Shown piece by piece: positions 8,453 through 11,452 of a stretch of 11,452 bases of DNA (position 1 is the first letter of the stretch; each line of letters opens with the position of its first letter). The notes under the pieces were generated by a model, which did not search any database, was not told the origin of the DNA, and saw only the letters and a list, made by a program, of their open reading frames with translations. Both the position numbers and the translations under genes were made by a program. The stretch covers positions 1 through 11,452 of the IMG/VR virus record IMGVR_UViG_2778261693_000002. One strand, given 5' to 3'. Source of the stretch: a virus (Duplodnaviria; Heunggongvirae; Uroviricota; Caudoviricetes).

Positions 8453-8765
8453 AGTAACTTATGAAAATAAACTCAAATTATTTACAAATATAATATTCAG
8501 CAGGTTATTTATTCTTATTTAACTCTTCAGACTGAGATTAGGTTTTATTTATAGAATAAGATAATTTCATATCACAAAAAACCTGTAAGCCCTCATCTTT
8601 GTTGTATAAAAACATAAAAGATGCCATATTCAAAAAAGTAGAAAAGCATTGCAATGCAACATTAAAAATAAGCCAATAAAAAACAGTCATTAGAAAATGA
8701 AAAAACCAAAAACATTTTTTATCAAAGCTTCAGTCTGACTACTAGTTTGACTCTGCAATTAACTA

Positions 8766-8797
8766 TCAAGATGATCAATATTTATTGATCATCTTGA
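8766..8797. repeat. Perfect 15-bp inverted repeat (TCAAGATGATCAATA tt TATTGATCATCTTGA) containing two GATC sites
   Basis: Exact reverse-complement arms read directly from the sequence; lies 33-64 nt downstream of the deaminase-fusion stop; no flanking U-tract on either strand. Confidence 0.6.
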
Positions 8798-8829
8798 AGC
8801 TGCCCTCAGGAAAGATGAGTATAATATTT

Positions 8830-10566
8830 CTACTCAAGAAGATATTCTAACTCATCTTTTATCGGGATAACTTGCTCATAAAGTCGGTGATATGACTTCC
8901 CAATTGCGCCTCTGAATTGTATTAACTTTGGTGGCTTGTTACCTATATTAATAATATGGTCTTGGGCTATACCTGGGTAGGGATCAATAAATACAATTTC
9001 AGATATACCTAACTGATAAGCTTTTTTCGCACACAGCTCACAGGGACTGGCAGTTGTATATAACCTTCCCCCCTGAACGCCAATACCACCATATTTTGCA
9101 AGTTGTAAAAAAGCGTTTTCCTCAGCATGTAATGCACGTGTATGAACTTGATTACCTTTTTTATCTTTATCAAGATCATTATGTATATCTTTAAAACAAT
9201 AAGATAAGTTCCTGCCTCTATAAATATCACCAGTTTTATCTATCGCCCTAAAATTTAAGAGTTTCTCATTAGCCTTAATTCTGAAAGAACTATTATTTCT
9301 CTCATAATGACTGTACACTTTTTCATCAAAGTCGTTCATTAGGCCATCTAGCGATCTCATAGAGCAAGGAATCTGACCGTTGGCAACATCATTCCAACCT
9401 ACTGATTTTATTGAATTGTCACCATCAGTTACTACAGCTCCCACCTGTCTAGATATACAACCAGAGTTTAATTTTACCGTATACGCAACTTGCATAACCC
9501 TTTCCATTGCAGTAGGTGTTATCAGACCAGGATGCTTCATCAGTGCGATGTACCACGCTAATTGTGCTTTTAAAATATTATCATTATCAAATTCATTTTT
9601 TGGGTTAAAAATGTGTATATCTGATAGTTCAATACATTTAGTTACATTTGGATTAGTGAGATGTTTGTAAGAGTTATCACCTTTACCTGACTCTACAGAA
9701 TCTATTTCCTCTATCTGCTTTTCAGAAAACTTATGTAGTTTCCGCAAATAGTTTGTTCGATGTTCATCTGGGGCATTTATTGACATTAAATGAAATGCAG
9801 AATATCTATCCTTAAAAAATTTTGCTTCATATGGATTTCTAATAGCATCTATGACAATTAATGCGTTATCTCTTTTGCTTTTTCTTATTAATTTAATAAC
9901 CCTATTAATAGTTTCCGGCAAATGAAAAACAGATTTAGGTATAAACTCTTTATCTTCAAAATCGACTTCAATACGCCCACGGCGTCTAATTGACTTACCT
10001 GCTAACTGATAGACTGAAACATATAAATTTGAGTTTATCGCATTTAGTTCAGCTTTGAATTCCTTAGTAAATTTTCTAACTAACCTCAAAATTGATATAA
10101 ATTTATTAATCGTTTTTTCATTAAGCTTCAATTCACTATTATGATCAAGCAAATTCTCAATTACATTTTTAAATCTTGTTAAAATTAGATTATCTGAGAA
10201 TACACCAAAAGTTAATACATTATCTAAATGCTCTTTACTGATAGATTTATTAGATGACAGAATGAATTCAGAAGCTTCTTCAACTGTTAACATCAAAAGA
10301 TACGCTGAGATTAGGTCACTCACCTTAATTGAGTAAAAATTTTCCCAGTGATTTTCTGCGAATTTTTTAACTATATTATAACGATGGACATCCAATCCCT
10401 TGTAAAAACCCTGTAATTTACTTACATCAGGGAAGACTGTTTTTTCGTTTTCAAGAATATTAGCTGTTGTTGTGCAACCAGAACCAGTTCGACCTGTCAA
10501 ACCGACTAAAATAAACTGCCCATTTTCAAGGAAAAGCTCACTAACGAATTTTTTTTCTTTCATCAC
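8830..10566 (-). CDS. P-loop-kinase-like + dCMP/cytidine-deaminase fusion protein (AvcD/DCD-like candidate anti-phage deoxynucleotide deaminase)
   Basis: 578-aa ORF in low-GC DNA. N-terminal Walker-A-like VGLTGRTGSGCTT (10468-10503, Lys replaced by Cys). C-terminal deaminase signatures RQVGAVV, zinc ligands HAE (9121-9129) and PCELC (9031-9045). Start is GTG 10566 or ATG 10563. Family assignment from memory, no search. Confidence 0.75.
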   Translation of the reverse strand: MMKEKKFVSELFLENGQFILVGLTGRTGSGCTTTANILENEKTVFPDVSKLQGFYKGLDVHRYNIVKKFAENHWENFYSIKVSDLISAYLLMLTVEEASEFILSSNKSISKEHLDNVLTFGVFSDNLILTRFKNVIENLLDHNSELKLNEKTINKFISILRLVRKFTKEFKAELNAINSNLYVSVYQLAGKSIRRRGRIEVDFEDKEFIPKSVFHLPETINRVIKLIRKSKRDNALIVIDAIRNPYEAKFFKDRYSAFHLMSINAPDEHRTNYLRKLHKFSEKQIEEIDSVESGKGDNSYKHLTNPNVTKCIELSDIHIFNPKNEFDNDNILKAQLAWYIALMKHPGLITPTAMERVMQVAYTVKLNSGCISRQVGAVVTDGDNSIKSVGWNDVANGQIPCSMRSLDGLMNDFDEKVYSHYERNNSSFRIKANEKLLNFRAIDKTGDIYRGRNLSYCFKDIHNDLDKDKKGNQVHTRALHAEENAFLQLAKYGGIGVQGGRLYTTASPCELCAKKAYQLGISEIVFIDPYPGIAQDHIINIGNKPPKLIQFRGAIGKSYHRLYEQVIPIKDELEYLLE

Positions 10567-10758
10567 GTCCCACTTATGAATGTAAGAATATTCAACATAT
10601 TAATTATAATTTATTAACTCATTTTGTTCTAGATACTTGATGTAATGGCGGCATTTTGGCGACGGAGCATTAAAAACGCGTAAGACGAGCAAATACAACA
10701 AAACACTAACACACTGTTTTTAAATATAAATAGCTGTTTTTACTATACTAAAAATGGT

Positions 10759-10803
10759 ATGTAGGAATTTCGGACGCGGGTTCAACTCCCGCCAGCTCCA
10801 CCA
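10759..10803 (+). other. ssrA: Duplicated 3' end of the tmRNA gene ssrA (att core copy; tRNA-like T-arm, acceptor strand and CCA), not a complete gene
   Basis: ATGTAGGAATTTCGGACGCGGGTTCAACTCCCGCCAGCTCCACCA: T-stem GCGGG/CCCGC with T-loop TTCAACT, 3' acceptor strand and CCA; matches the remembered E. coli ssrA 3' end. The upstream ~300 nt is AT-rich and unlike tmRNA. Confidence 0.7.
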
Positions 10804-10836
10804 CTTGCTCTTCCGGATACGTCCGGAGAAATCCTG

Positions 10837-10871
10837 AAAGCCCGCATGGCACAAGCTCTGCGGGCTTTTTT
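10837..10871 (+). terminator. Rho-independent terminator downstream of the ssrA 3' end
   Basis: AAAGCCCGCA-(12-nt loop)-TGCGGGCTTTTTTGT: 7-10 bp GC stem followed by a T6 run; preceded by a tetraloop hairpin CCGGA-TACG-TCCGG at 10813-10826. Confidence 0.6.
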
Positions 10872-10915
10872 GTGTCTACTGTTGTCCGAGGATATCCAGC
10901 TAAATCCAGTGATTA

Positions 10916-10967
10916 TTGGTATACGTTTAGGTATACGGTAGGATGTATACCTAAACGCGTATACCAA
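10916..10967. repeat. Imperfect ~21-bp inverted repeat (TTGGTATACGTTTAGGTATAC ... GTATACCTAAACGcGTATACCAA) upstream of the integrase remnant
   Basis: Arms are reverse complements apart from a one-base insertion; centred ~45 bp upstream of the AAGGAG RBS of the following ORF. Confidence 0.5.
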
Positions 10968-10987
10968 TTCATGAAGGAGCGGCCAAA

Positions 10988-11434
10988 TTGGCAAGAACGA
11001 CACGCCCCCTGACCAACACAGAAGTACTGCGCGCTAAAGCGTTAGAAAAGGATCTAACGTTGCATGATGGCGATGGTCTTTTTCTACTCGTTAAAACGAA
11101 CGGTAAGAAGTTATGGCGTTTCCGTTATCAACGTCCGGCAACAAAGCAGCGGACAATGATGGGGCTAGGTACCTTCCCAGCTCTTTCACTTGCTGACGCC
11201 CGACGGTTAAGAGCGGATTACCTTTCCTTGTTAGCCAACGGAATTGACCCGCAAATTCAAGCTGAAATTGCAGAGGAACAGCAGCAAATCGCACAGGACA
11301 GTATTTTTACAACGGTCGCCGCTAAGGAAGGTGCGAATAAGCAGGTCATTTCTTCCCAAGCTGACTCGTTGATTAAAATTTCGCGGATCTGGGCCGATTT
11401 TTTTCCCGCAAACACATCGAATCAGCCTATTTAG
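10988..11434 (+). pseudogene. P4-type integrase, N-terminal fragment (~110 aa of arm-binding domain, then divergent tail and premature stop)
   Basis: TTG start with strong RBS AAGGAG; MARTTRPLTNTEVLRAKALEKDLTLHDGDGLFLLVKTNGKKLWRFRYQRPATKQRTMMGLGTFPALSLADARRLRADYLSLLANGIDP fits the N-terminus of P4/CP4-57-family integrases (~400 aa full length) as remembered; ORF ends at 148 aa with no catalytic domain. Confidence 0.55.
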
Positions 11435-11452
11435 GCTATTTTTTCCACCATT

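Noticed and set aside
8766-8797. Palindrome as a bidirectional intrinsic terminator
   Set aside because: No U-rich tract follows the stem on either strand.
9009-9670. ORFs of 73 aa (minus) and 96 aa (plus)
   Set aside because: Embedded in the deaminase-fusion gene in other frames; AT-rich DNA produces such ORFs by chance.
10567-10803. A complete tmRNA (ssrA) gene
   Set aside because: Only the terminal ~45 nt match a tRNA-like/tmRNA 3' end; the upstream sequence is AT-rich and unrelated, so this is an att-site duplicate.
10782-11003. Minus-strand 73-aa ORF
   Set aside because: Spans the ssrA core and terminator hairpins on the antisense strand; no RBS.
1-11452. CRISPR arrays or complete tRNA genes
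   Set aside because: No regularly spaced direct repeats and no complete cloverleaf-sized tRNA-like sequence seen.

Overview
This window is the integrase-proximal end of a 186/P2-like (Fels-2-type) temperate prophage inserted at the 3' end of the tmRNA gene ssrA, plus the chromosomal flank. All calls rest on reading the sequence and on remembered family signatures; no searches were run. Left to right: a partial IS1 (1-212) abutting and probably truncating an AT-rich orphan gene; an SOS (LexA-box) controlled small operon ending in a DinI-like gene; the minus-strand early/replication operon (Apl/Cox-like, CII-like, small ORFs, TraR/DksA zinc finger, Dam methylase, gpA-type rolling-circle initiator) with ATGA/TAATG-coupled gene junctions; the lysis-lysogeny switch; CI repressor and tyrosine integrase on the plus strand. 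Between the integrase and the att core lies a 2.3 kb AT-rich cargo segment encoding a 578-aa P-loop-kinase-like + dCMP/cytidine-deaminase fusion, which resembles the AvcD/DCD nucleotide-depletion anti-phage proteins. This is the most interesting locus, together with the ~190 bp upstream leader where an AvcI-like inhibitory RNA would be expected. The window ends with a duplicated ssrA 3' end (~45 nt), its terminator, and a truncated P4-type integrase, suggesting serial use of the ssrA site.
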